Shown piece after piece: positions 51,301 through 60,328 of a stretch of DNA of 64,000 nt. The DNA is from Candidatus Thorarchaeota archaeon (GTDB lineage: Archaea; Asgardarchaeota; Thorarchaeia; Thorarchaeales; Thorarchaeaceae), in assembly GCA_048882045.1 (NCBI GenBank), contig JBHLRZ010000007.1:49935-113934 (forward strand). Reading direction: 5' to 3'. Numbering within the stretch: the stretch's first letter is position 1; each line of letters opens with the position of its first letter. The position numbers and the translations under genes were made by a program. The notes under the pieces were generated by a model, which had not been told where the DNA came from, did not search any database, and saw nothing but the letters and a program-made list of their open reading frames with translations.

Positions 51301-54300
51301 TTTCCAAGAGGTGCCAATCTTCTCAAAGACAAATGCAGCTCCCTTATGCGAATCATATCCAGGTGCGCCAACCACAACAGTGTTGCCAGCATTATCAATG
51401 GCAACCGAATGACCAAACTCAGATTCATCTGGCAGACCTGGAACCTCTAGGCGGGTCTCATACCAAGTGTACCCATCAGTCTCACACACATATGCATATC
51501 CAGGTGCAGAGTCAACGTATGGACTCAGTACCTCTACATGCTCATGAAACGGTGCACCAACAACATATGTGTTCCACCCAGGTACCGAGTCATGCGAATA
51601 TCCAAATTGGTCGCGTATCATTTGACCTGGCCCAATTTTATCTGTTGCCTGCCAATATTCATAATTACCTGGCCACCATAAAAGAGAGCTATCATACCAG
51701 TCAGTAACAGGGCCATCTGGAAAATAACCCCACATATAGTACCTACCGTAAATATCGAGATAGTACTTGCGTACTATACCCTTGTGAGCTGGAGAACCAA
51801 GAACGCTACTGTCACCAGGATTATACGCGCCTACGGTGAGTCTTGTGTTTTTATAACCTGGGTCGCGCTCTACTTTGATAGAGTATATCCACCTTCCTTT
51901 CATCTCGAGATCAGGGACTACTCCACAGTCGGCCTTGTCCGGAAATTGGTTTACTCCACCAAGCCATGCATATGGTTCAATATGGCCACTAGTACGTAAA
52001 CACCATTCAATAACTGAACCACTCGCAACAGTACCGTCCATATATTGCATGCTAGCAAAGATCCTATATTCCATACCTGAATTAGTAGAATCACCTATAA
52101 TGGCAACACAGGCACCCATTATCCCATTGGCTAATGGACCAAAAACCGCAGTTTTAAACATCCAGCTTGAACCTGATCCTTGGAAGATATACACTGCTCC
52201 CTGATTTACTGGTGCAGGATTGCCATCATAATATATATCCCACCATATTGGGAACCTGCTCTCTTGTACACCAGAAGCAGTTGGAGCCCCAACGACAATG
52301 GTTGTTCCATCGCCAGAAATTGCCACCGAATAGCCAAACATAGGCGCAACTGCTCCTCCATCCCAGTCAATATATTGCACACCGCAAGTGAGAAATGTTT
52401 GAAATGTCCAAGTGCCCCCAATTTTTTCATAGATGAATGCCAAGTTTCGACCAGGATCACCTACCACCATTGTGTTACCAGCATCATCAATAGCCATAGA
52501 AGGAAGATTGTTGGGAAGAGTTCTATCGGGTGTATTAGGGATAGACAACTCAGCAGCCACTCCAGCCAAATCATTTGGAGTTGATGATATATTTACAATC
52601 CCTATTCTTCCATCTTGAAATGTTGTTAGGGCACTGGTATGTGTAGGACCATAGGTTCCAAGTCGTTCACCCTCCGAATCGTACTTGATGATATTGTCAT
52701 TGTCGGTGACATAAATATTCCCAGCATTATCAAAGGTTATATCAAGAGGATTACTCCCAACATTGGTTCTTCCAATAGTCCACTCTTGCTCAAACTCGAT
52801 ATATCTCGGAGGTCCTTCCACATCAATTATTGAATCTCCATTCGTGTCTTGTGAACATGGATTGAGACCATCCCGTCGCTCAATGAAGTCACTGACTGCA
52901 TCGGAGTCAGTATCATTCATTCTTGGGTTAGAATGTGCAATGATTGTGAAAGGCAAGAGTGGGTCATTCAAGTAATTGAACTGAATCGTATCACCAGAGA
53001 TTTCGAGGTAATCTCGGAGTCCATCGAAGTCAGAATCAGGGTTTGTAGCGTTAGTACCATAGACTAGCTCATATTTATCATTTAAACCGTCAAAATCTGA
53101 ATCCACCTCAAGTGGATTAGTTCCAATCTCCATTTCGAATTTGTCAGATAATGCATCGCCATCTGAATCAAATTTTACAGGGTCGGTATCTGTCTCCTCA
53201 GTATTTGGTATCCCATCACAATCGAGGTCGAGAGGAGTGATAAGGCGCCAGTCTGCAAAGGCATCGATAGTGTCGGGAAGAACATCGATGTAAATAGTAA
53301 AGCTCCCTATATCGTCATATGACTCTTGATGACTGTGATGAGTTATTGGGACGCAGAATAACCAGTATGTCCACTCATAGTAGAGCTGTGTAAATGTCTG
53401 TACTCTGATATTCATTGGAAAATTAGGCATAGCAGTACTTGGTACAGCCCAGACGCCAGAATCATATTCAACACTATTGTAGTAATACGGAGCATCAATC
53501 CAGTCTGCAGTCGGTCTGCTGCTTGGAATTGGAAGATAGACGTTTTCCCAATTGTACATGATTCCAGCTATGTAGATTGGATCGTAGAGCAGACCTACAT
53601 CTGAAGATGAACCATAAGGAGTCTCGATGAGATAGTACGGATAGACATCACTCTTTTCGACATCTCCTTCATGCTTGCCATACCAAATCCCACGCAGGAT
53701 TCCTCTGAATGTCAGTCTGTCACCCACTGTCACTCCATTGTTAGTCCAATCATCAATAATGAGTTCTTGATCTTCATCATACTCAAGGAGCGGATAGACC
53801 TGCGAGTCAACTGAAGAAATACCATCTATGATTTCATCAAAGAGCTTACCAATTAGGTCGGATAGAGTGGTAGTCCCACACCAACCAAGTATAATATCAA
53901 TAATGGAAAAGATAGCAACAAAAGCTGCACCATACGGATTCTGAGAGATGGCAATCAACATCAGGTCTTTGATGTATCCCATGAGTGTCTTGAGCAAAGC
54001 TTGAGTGAGCTGAAGGGGATTCAATCCGCCCTGCGTAATTGCAATGACTCCGTAGATGGTCACACCCACGTCTATAGCTATTGCTATAGCATCGAAAACA
54101 CCACCTATACTCTTCCAAGTCTTCATCAAACCGGTCTTTGCTTTTCCAATCGATTTGAACGCAAGTTTCCATTCCTTAAAGACACTCGTGGCTGCTTGCT
54201 TTCCCTGAATAGAGACTCTCCAACCTGCTTTTATCATGCTATGAAAGCTTTCAACAGACCGCTGTGCAATCCTATAGGCTTCAATTGATCTGATCAGACC

Positions 54301-56325
54301 CTTACGAATCAAAGTAAATACTGAGATACTAAAATCAGTAATTGCATGAGCCCAATTGACTATGTCCTCTAAGGGGATACTATAATCTAAATTCACTGAA
54401 GACAGATCGGTTGCAACATTTTCTCCAGATAACCAGTAGAGTGATAGGCTCATGACAGTAGCTAGAGTCTCATCATCCAGACCCCAGCTCTCGATTTCCT
54501 CCATAATTTCAGGGGTATCCAAGGATTGATACAAGACTTCACTGTCAATTATTGTGCGGAATTGCCATATGGTCTGCTTGACTTTTTGTGATGTGATATT
54601 TGCAGCACTTGTTATCCCAGTGAATGAATCACCAACCTGACTAAAATCAGAGAGGTCGAGAATTCTGACATAACTCTCTACGCATGTGATAAAGGGATAA
54701 GGTCTATCCATTACAAGTGAATCAAGAGCGTTTGGTATCATATAATTAACAATACTAGAGAGTGCTTCATCCTTCTGATTGAAAGATTGGGTAATGTTAT
54801 GTATGTCCCGACCAAGACTAGAAAGTTCGGATTTTATGTCAAAGACTCCAATGCTCGTATTCCTGAGAAATATCATATCAATAAGTGGTTCTGCGAGTGT
54901 AGTGTTCTGAGGTTCCTCACAATAGAAAATACCTGCTTCAGCACCATAGTCTTCTTCTAACAACAGACCTGTAAGCATGAATGAATCATCGTATCTAGCA
55001 AGTTCTCTTGTTTCTGGAATAAACCCAGCATTTTGTAAGTCAAAGACGCAAACCACTCCGCCCTCGTTTGTGGTCAATTGCCAGTCAACATTCGGTTCTG
55101 TAAGAGCTAGTGGTGAACTTGAAAAATCAGATACAAGGGTGAAGGTTCCTAAACTAGGATCATCTTCAATAACTGTGAACATTTCATTAGCACCAATGTC
55201 CTCACCATTTGCCGCTACATTTCCTTCATTATCCACTGACAAATAGTTCCCATTGAAAAGCTTGATTGCAACCTTATCATTTCCAAGGTCAATCCATTGA
55301 AATGATTGAATTCCACCCGCACCGTCTTCATTGACGTATACTCGACCATCTGCAGCAACAGAGAGATTTCGAGAGAGATTAACTTCAGTAAGTGCAGAGG
55401 CATTTTGATCGGATTGACCAAAGACTTTCCAGATGAGTTTCGCAGTGATACTAAGTTCAGTTGGAGTAAATTCAGGGTAGACCAGTCTTCCACTAAATGC
55501 GACAATCTTGCCATACTGTTCTACCGGAAAGAGTGGAAGTTCAATTCCTTCCGCAGTGATACTGATACCATATTTGATAACATCCATTTGTTCAGGAAGA
55601 GTGGATACGCTGAGTTGTAGCATGGGAACAATGAACACATCAGAATCTGGTTGTCTATGAACATCCATCATATTTCCATGAATATCATAAGGCCAATCCC
55701 AGGTTTGGGATATGAAACTGAGATGAGCTGGATCTTCTGGTACTAACTGGAATGTCATATACATTGGATTCCCATTTGTTTCAATATCAAATGACATTTC
55801 TTCAAAACAGTCAGTACTGCTGAATGGAGAAAGGTCAACACTATCTTCAACACCATCGCCATCATTGTCAAAGTCCCAACCATTGACAATGTTGTCATTG
55901 TCTATGTCTTGGGAGATGGAACCATACAGCTCATGATTGTCTGGGATGCCATCGAAATTCGTATCCGGCTCTAATGGGTCCAAGTCATTAAATATTTCAA
56001 TGTCGTCTCGTAATTGATCGAAATCAGTGTCATTACTCATCCAGTCAGTTCCTATGACTCTCTCAACGGAATCATATATGGTGTCACCATCAAAGTCTGT
56101 TCGATTGTTGAGCGGAGTAACCTCTTGCAGTTGTTCAACAAGATCTCTTATGGAATAGGCCTCTCTAGGAGGTTCGTTGTCCGTTGGAGTTATGTTTTCC
56201 ACGACCTGGGGTTCATTCGAATTCATCAAGCTTGTCCAGGTCTGGATATTATAGACTTCTGCAACCAAGAACATTCCAATACATAGTACTGCAACAGATA
56301 CAGCTATTGCCTTTCGCCTTTGCAT
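48373..56325 (-). CDS. Giant secreted mosaic protein: TSP3-like Ca repeats, fascin-like domain, hydrophobic helical region, NHL and FG-GAP propellers
   Basis: N-terminal signal/TM; many DxDxDGxxDxxE..GTDP repeats; FGYSVAISGDG..IVVGAP and FGHSVAID..VVVGAP; PTDVAVDAEGNIYIADSGNNRI. Confidence 0.85.
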   Translation of the reverse strand: MQRRKAIAVSVAVLCIGMFLVAEVYNIQTWTSLMNSNEPQVVENITPTDNEPPREAYSIRDLVEQLQEVTPLNNRTDFDGDTIYDSVERVIGTDWMSNDTDFDQLRDDIEIFNDLDPLEPDTNFDGIPDNHELYGSISQDIDNDNIVNGWDFDNDGDGVEDSVDLSPFSSTDCFEEMSFDIETNGNPMYMTFQLVPEDPAHLSFISQTWDWPYDIHGNMMDVHRQPDSDVFIVPMLQLSVSTLPEQMDVIKYGISITAEGIELPLFPVEQYGKIVAFSGRLVYPEFTPTELSITAKLIWKVFGQSDQNASALTEVNLSRNLSVAADGRVYVNEDGAGGIQSFQWIDLGNDKVAIKLFNGNYLSVDNEGNVAANGEDIGANEMFTVIEDDPSLGTFTLVSDFSSSPLALTEPNVDWQLTTNEGGVVCVFDLQNAGFIPETRELARYDDSFMLTGLLLEEDYGAEAGIFYCEEPQNTTLAEPLIDMIFLRNTSIGVFDIKSELSSLGRDIHNITQSFNQKDEALSSIVNYMIPNALDSLVMDRPYPFITCVESYVRILDLSDFSQVGDSFTGITSAANITSQKVKQTIWQFRTIIDSEVLYQSLDTPEIMEEIESWGLDDETLATVMSLSLYWLSGENVATDLSSVNLDYSIPLEDIVNWAHAITDFSISVFTLIRKGLIRSIEAYRIAQRSVESFHSMIKAGWRVSIQGKQAATSVFKEWKLAFKSIGKAKTGLMKTWKSIGGVFDAIAIAIDVGVTIYGVIAITQGGLNPLQLTQALLKTLMGYIKDLMLIAISQNPYGAAFVAIFSIIDIILGWCGTTTLSDLIGKLFDEIIDGISSVDSQVYPLLEYDEDQELIIDDWTNNGVTVGDRLTFRGILRGIWYGKHEGDVEKSDVYPYYLIETPYGSSSDVGLLYDPIYIAGIMYNWENVYLPIPSSRPTADWIDAPYYYNSVEYDSGVWAVPSTAMPNFPMNIRVQTFTQLYYEWTYWLFCVPITHHSHQESYDDIGSFTIYIDVLPDTIDAFADWRLITPLDLDCDGIPNTEETDTDPVKFDSDGDALSDKFEMEIGTNPLEVDSDFDGLNDKYELVYGTNATNPDSDFDGLRDYLEISGDTIQFNYLNDPLLPFTIIAHSNPRMNDTDSDAVSDFIERRDGLNPCSQDTNGDSIIDVEGPPRYIEFEQEWTIGRTNVGSNPLDITFDNAGNIYVTDNDNIIKYDSEGERLGTYGPTHTSALTTFQDGRIGIVNISSTPNDLAGVAAELSIPNTPDRTLPNNLPSMAIDDAGNTMVVGDPGRNLAFIYEKIGGTWTFQTFLTCGVQYIDWDGGAVAPMFGYSVAISGDGTTIVVGAPTASGVQESRFPIWWDIYYDGNPAPVNQGAVYIFQGSGSSWMFKTAVFGPLANGIMGACVAIIGDSTNSGMEYRIFASMQYMDGTVASGSVIEWCLRTSGHIEPYAWLGGVNQFPDKADCGVVPDLEMKGRWIYSIKVERDPGYKNTRLTVGAYNPGDSSVLGSPAHKGIVRKYYLDIYGRYYMWGYFPDGPVTDWYDSSLLWWPGNYEYWQATDKIGPGQMIRDQFGYSHDSVPGWNTYVVGAPFHEHVEVLSPYVDSAPGYAYVCETDGYTWYETRLEVPGLPDESEFGHSVAIDNAGNTVVVGAPGYDSHKGAAFVFEKIGTSWKLVSKISNPLPVINQVYGLGNRFGQGVQISPDGKTIWVNTLGWVIVPSTPQTNWEYFFEFNADRTWESFTVSDSLGNIILTRGIPDYGGMGYTPLHQIWGMASGGGSVYLSCFDGDLSNIRKYSQSTWGLQDSFGWSELEQARGIDVGPNGLIYVADSGGNKVCIFDSSGVLANGLPPILSADGIPLNTPTDVAVDAEGNIYIADSGNNRIVKFDNELIWQATLEVDNPLTIDVDDEGYIYVANPTHVIKFRETLIIVRPDLEDDVTDWDQDDLSDTTELNGWTITITTAHGTDVHVNSSIYLADSDFDGISDYDEWLLGSNPQSVDTDEDGVLDPDELRLGLNIIHFDSDLDTIDDGTELNFGSDPLNPDVDGDGLLDPLEFQLGTDPWNFDTDHDGASDKEENDAGTDPLSPDSDNDFIFDGTELVLGTDPWSNDSDNDLLLDSAEIYLGTDPNNDDSDHDNVTDGLEVLLHMDPLCNDTDNDGSLDGIELEAGTSPLSNYSTPEMYDGFLKEADVVLVYDETPESILFGDLLAEQMTVSNVTLEEFFVNYRNSSRIILIGNPYDVDGTVGSLIADLLVDCGATVDMLASGELEYVVRYGVWNETQTIIMFSEAQTTDVFRVINIFNRKNVTVYPDSVFLEYSTLPAFKYAEGQYSIYFMVNEIDTLKHTDAIIQVSLNEVAAPEMTICRYDDQSTPYILNSSTGLMPYEYSLGTYLDTELILGDGTQNMNVTYIRLYYRTADLDRTGDGLPNDMEDLDESKIGLYWLDESTGIWEKLSVEMDWVVDCGVNTTDVVRFGESYAGYVWAYVKHLSFFGAGAETYNQPPNVTLAVPSVQFLWPPNGKFVEIAIEGVTDPDGDDVTITILNITSDEFVGLWPDAYGVGSDTAWLRAQRSGCGNGRVYEITFLASDGRGGETIGSVLVYVPHHKKRCGFVMPVDDGQIYDATKGLRPCWLHRKWWHWHSFIHCKHKYH

Positions 56326-56610
56326 CTCTCCCTCACTGACCCACGCGATGAATGAAGACTCATATCTCTCTCCAAGATATCAGAGGCAATCCCGCAACAT
56401 TGCCCGAAGTCAATAACATTCAATCTTGCAGCCAGAAACCTATCCAAAGGACAAGATAAAGCTGCTGAACTTTTTCTTTTTCGAGAGGATTATCAATTAA
56501 TTGAGTTCATTGACTCAAAATAGCAGATCAAAAAAAAGAATAAAGAGGAACTCCAGCCTGCTGTTTCCTCGATAAGTTATTGTATAGGAGTTTCCTCTCA
56601 TCTTGAAAAG

Positions 56611-57069
56611 GTGATGCCAGCAATGTCAGAGAGAAGTAGGGAACAGAGATTCGATGAAGTCTACCAGATCATTCTGATTATTGTAGGCCTTTCATTTGAC
56701 ATACTCTATGAGTCAGGTCGATTCCCGCTGGCTGAGATTGCAGTCTTCATGTGGATCCTGACATTCTGGGCCTACGGAAATCTCAAAGGAGGTATTTGGG
56801 AGTATCCTCTTAAAATTGGAAGTTTCAACCTGGCAATCACTTTGATGACAAATTTCTATGTAGTGGGCATGTTCAGAAACCTTACTGTCCTGGATTTATG
56901 GGAAATTCTACTAGTCATAGTTGCATTTCCCCTCCTATGTCTGATCATTTCTCTGGTTCTTGCGTCATATCTCAAAGAGGCAGTAGACCGCACTATTGCT
57001 TTACCTGTCTTAATTGGTGGTACTCTTGGGTATGTCTTTTTTACGTGGGCGGTCCTCTTCTTGGTATAG
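56611..57069 (+). CDS. Small multi-pass membrane protein
   Basis: About 5 hydrophobic segments. Confidence 0.6.
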   Translation: MMPAMSERSREQRFDEVYQIILIIVGLSFDILYESGRFPLAEIAVFMWILTFWAYGNLKGGIWEYPLKIGSFNLAITLMTNFYVVGMFRNLTVLDLWEILLVIVAFPLLCLIISLVLASYLKEAVDRTIALPVLIGGTLGYVFFTWAVLFLV

Positions 57070-57070
57070 T

Positions 57071-57739
57071 TCATGTGTCATCCTTTTCGAAAACCAGAGC
57101 ATATCTGAAGGGATTGCCAACCTTCCGTTGGAGTCTAAAACCTGCTTGTCTCGCCCAGTTAACGACAGTCCTACTCATAGGATAGTCAGGATCTAACAAT
57201 AATTCAGCATCTACAAAGATTCCGTCATCCTTCAAGAGCCGTTTAACTTGAAGCATTGCTCTGATCGGATCAGGAATTTCGGGAATTACTGCAACAGAGA
57301 AGGCTGCGTCAGCAGTTCCATCATCAAGAGGAATGTGACCTTCTGCATCAGCCAACACTGGGATGATGTTCTCAACGCCTTCTGTTTCCATCCTCACCTT
57401 CAGTTTGTCAAGCATTCCTTGTTGAATATCAACTGCAAAGACGAGTCCAGCAGGTTGAATTGCCTTTGCAATAGCAACAGTATAGAACCCAGACCCGCAC
57501 CCCAGCTCTACAATCTCCATCCCGGAGCGGATTTCTAACGCTTCAATGATCATCGATGGCGGTTGTACTCTCGACCTATAAGGACCAGCGGCTATTATAT
57601 TGCCCATTCTTGCAGGCATAGGGAACTTCCAGAAATATCGTACCGACCTGACGCAGACGCACACCCACAAGAACAGAACAAGGAAAATGATCACTATAAT
57701 TTCAATCACCCAGTGTACGCCAGGAAACCAGAAGTCCAA
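57071..57739 (-). CDS. Class I SAM-dependent methyltransferase with N-terminal TM
   Basis: VELGCGSG, AVDIQQGML, ADAE, RLLKDDG. Confidence 0.88.
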   Translation of the reverse strand: MDFWFPGVHWVIEIIVIIFLVLFLWVCVCVRSVRYFWKFPMPARMGNIIAAGPYRSRVQPPSMIIEALEIRSGMEIVELGCGSGFYTVAIAKAIQPAGLVFAVDIQQGMLDKLKVRMETEGVENIIPVLADAEGHIPLDDGTADAAFSVAVIPEIPDPIRAMLQVKRLLKDDGIFVDAELLLDPDYPMSRTVVNWARQAGFRLQRKVGNPFRYALVFEKDDT

Positions 57740-57769
57740 TAGCTCAACCTCACCACAGCAGTTATATGA

Positions 57770-57806
57770 CTAACATCTGTTAGCTAATTGACTAACAATC
57801 GTTAGT
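57770..57806. promoter_or_regulatory. Tandem TetR-type operator CTAAC-N4-GTTAG
   Basis: CTAACatctGTTAG 57770-57783 and ACTAACaatcGTTAGT 57791-57806, 22 bp apart, between the divergent methyltransferase and tetR genes. Confidence 0.72.
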
Positions 57807-57827
57807 GGATATATAGGTTGTGATGGA

Positions 57828-58406
57828 ATGAACAGTGAGGAATCTACAAAGCAATTGATTCTGGACTCAGCCTACAACCTCTTCGTTGACAGAGGATTTC
57901 AGGGAAGCTCCATGAGAGATATTGCTGAAAATGCTGGAATCAAAGCCGCGTCAATCTACAACCATTTCGATACCAAAGAACAAATCTTCAAGAAAGTCTT
58001 CGTCGAGAAACATCCATTGTTCAGAATTCTCGAGATCCTTGATAGCGCAACCGGTGCGACTGCAGACGAACTGTTGACAAATGCTTCAAATCGCTTGTAC
58101 AGAGAAATCAAGAATGAACCCAACCTATTGAACCTCTTTTTTGTTGAACTTGTAGAGATGAAAGGTAAACACATTCCTGAGGCAATTATTACAAATTTCC
58201 CACACGACTCTTCATTTATACGTCAAATATTCGAGATGAAATCAGAGCTGAGAGATATTCGAGAACCTGTTCTTGTGAGAGCACTTGTTGGAACTGTCTT
58301 AGCGAACATTATGTTTAGGTGGTTTGTAGGAGATAGTAAACCTAAGAGATGGGGGTCTCAGTCCGAGATGACAGATGTACTTCTGAAAGGTCTTCTCAAG
58401 AGATGA
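57828..58406 (+). CDS. TetR/AcrR family regulator
   Basis: ILDSAYNLFVDRGFQGSSMRDIAENAGIKAASIYNHFDTKEQIF. Confidence 0.93.
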   Translation: MNSEESTKQLILDSAYNLFVDRGFQGSSMRDIAENAGIKAASIYNHFDTKEQIFKKVFVEKHPLFRILEILDSATGATADELLTNASNRLYREIKNEPNLLNLFFVELVEMKGKHIPEAIITNFPHDSSFIRQIFEMKSELRDIREPVLVRALVGTVLANIMFRWFVGDSKPKRWGSQSEMTDVLLKGLLKR

Positions 58407-58501
58407 TTTGTGCATACGCTCTTTCAGCAATGCCATAAATCAAACTCCGTCAGCTTCCTGCGGGCAATTTACTCCAAAAAAAGCAGAGGAGGTGAGAACT
58501 A

Positions 58502-58750
58502 ATGAAGTATCTTATAGAGTGGAAAATGAAGCCGAAATACCGCAAGGACGCTACTAAAGCGACTGAAAACTTCAAGCAGCCTAAGGAAGTGAAGACTGTA
58601 TTTGCTGCCCATTACTGTGTTGCATCGAACAGAGGGGTGGCTATCGTCGATGTTGATGATGTGGTTCACATTCAGAAGGCTCTGAGTCCCATGTTACATT
58701 TCACAGATTTCATTGTAACTCCAATATTACCACTATTCGAAGAGCCTTGA
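58502..58750 (+). CDS. DUF3303-like small ferredoxin-fold protein
   Basis: MKYLIEW...GVAIVDVDD...FIVTPI; ggaggtga RBS. Confidence 0.7.
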   Translation: MKYLIEWKMKPKYRKDATKATENFKQPKEVKTVFAAHYCVASNRGVAIVDVDDVVHIQKALSPMLHFTDFIVTPILPLFEEP

Positions 58751-58875
58751 TTCTAGGGAAAATTTCACCAGAAGGATCTTTTTAGATTCTCAAATTTTTG
58801 CATAAGCTCACTAAAGAAATAGTGATATTCGAGCTATATTACAGAATGTTCAGTTCTTTGTCGCGTGGACAAAGG

Positions 58876-59679
58876 ATGGAGGATTTGATTGTGAAAACAA
58901 GATGGATACATGGAGTTGCGGGATTCACGATGTTTGTTCTCTGTCTTTCAGTGTTTACAAATACCGTAACTGCAACCTTAGTGTGGAGCGAAGATTTTGC
59001 AGACATGACTGACTGGACAACGACAGCCTTCCTAACATGGCAGAGTGGACCGATAATCGCAGGAAATTTCTCTGTTGTCGATGGGAAGTTAACAGTAATG
59101 GATGATGATGTCAACTATGCCCGTCATAACAGCACAGTGGAAGTCGGGACATGGAGCTTTGATCTCTATGTACCAGACACACCAAATGGATATGTGGGAG
59201 TGGCATTCATGTCAAATGGGTCTCGCCCTCTGGACTTCGACTCTAGATGGATAGCTGTTGAGGCTACGACGGATGGGACAGATCGCTTCAATCTCTGGTG
59301 GCAAAGAGGACCGAACAACTGGATTGGTGAGGTCTGCTACACTCCAACTGGGAGCATACTAGGTTGGCATCATATTGATGTCACGAGAACTAGCGGAGGA
59401 CAGATCAATCTATTCTTCAATGGAACTTTCATTTATGATACCCTCACCAACGATGTCATTCATTCAACATACCTTGAATGCTATGGCGTTAATGCCACAG
59501 GCGCAGCTTTCGACAACATCTTTGTTGATGATGAGATCATTATCACACCACCAACAACTCCTCCAAGTACAACTCCTACAGAACCAACAGGCGCAATCCC
59601 ATGGGATCTGGTTGCGATTGCAGGCGGAGTTATAGTAGTCGTGGCTGTGCTAGCAATCGTTTGTGTCAAGCGAAGATAA
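58876..59679 (+). CDS. Surface protein, LamG/lectin-like beta-sandwich, PT linker, TM plus KRR
   Basis: VWSEDF, GTWSFD, GWHHIDVTR, FDNIFV, C-terminal TM-VKRR; paralog of 61725-62882. Confidence 0.72.
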   Translation: MEDLIVKTRWIHGVAGFTMFVLCLSVFTNTVTATLVWSEDFADMTDWTTTAFLTWQSGPIIAGNFSVVDGKLTVMDDDVNYARHNSTVEVGTWSFDLYVPDTPNGYVGVAFMSNGSRPLDFDSRWIAVEATTDGTDRFNLWWQRGPNNWIGEVCYTPTGSILGWHHIDVTRTSGGQINLFFNGTFIYDTLTNDVIHSTYLECYGVNATGAAFDNIFVDDEIIITPPTTPPSTTPTEPTGAIPWDLVAIAGGVIVVVAVLAIVCVKRR

Positions 59680-59695
59680 TAAGAAAACATGAATA

Positions 59696-59729
59696 CGAGG
59701 GTCTCTCGAGGCCCTCTGGCTTTTCTTTC
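59696..59729 (+). terminator. Hairpin plus T-tract ending a cassette
   Basis: GAGGGTCT-ctcg-AGGCCCTC then ggcttttcttt; a related hairpin lies at 62897-62928. Confidence 0.55.
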
Positions 59730-59799
59730 GGATGTGGATAGTGAAGAATTGGAGATTATGCACTAAAAAGAAAAGACCAAATGATTTATTACATAGTAG

Positions 59800-59840
59800 T
59801 TAAATAAATTCTTTTAACTTTATTAAACGAAACTGTTTAA
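59800..59840. promoter_or_regulatory. Operator TTAA-N10-TTAA-N5-TTAA-N10-TTAA upstream of regulator 1
   Basis: TTAA at 59800, 59814, 59823, 59837; identical spacing at 62967-63007. Confidence 0.65.
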
Positions 59841-59857
59841 CTGATAGAGGGAGAATA

Positions 59858-60328
59858 ATGTTCAGTACTCTGCGGTATCCTACGAAGCAGCAGAACCTCA
59901 TCTGGCTTAGGAGGCGTCAGAAGAACAGACCTTCAGAGATTGCTAAGGACCTGAAAATGTCAAGGCCCTATGTTAGTATAGAACAGAAGAAAGCAGAGGG
60001 CCGAATCAGGAAGCTCATGGAACATGCTGCATCAGTAAACAGAGTGACTATAGAACGAATGAGTGCTCGATATGGCATTGCTGAGGGCTACTGTCATGCA
60101 AATAGCTCTGTGACATACATCACATACTCCCCCAAGATCGGTGTGCTGAACTGGTATGAACACATAGGAGATTGCGGTACGTGTGACATAAAGGATCAAT
60201 GCAACGAAGCGCTCTACACATTAGCGGAGGAGTGGGAGATTCATGCGTTTCCAGATATGCCTCCAACAGAGCTAAGTAAGTTTCTGTTTAACACAATCAG
60301 GGGACGACTCAAATGGGACAAGATGTGA
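59858..60328 (+). CDS. HTH regulator (sigma70 region-4/Tfx-like) with C-terminal His/Cys metal site, copy 1
   Basis: PSEIAKDLKMSRPYVS..KKAEGRI; WYEHIGDCGTC....C. Confidence 0.75.
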   Translation: MFSTLRYPTKQQNLIWLRRRQKNRPSEIAKDLKMSRPYVSIEQKKAEGRIRKLMEHAASVNRVTIERMSARYGIAEGYCHANSSVTYITYSPKIGVLNWYEHIGDCGTCDIKDQCNEALYTLAEEWEIHAFPDMPPTELSKFLFNTIRGRLKWDKM

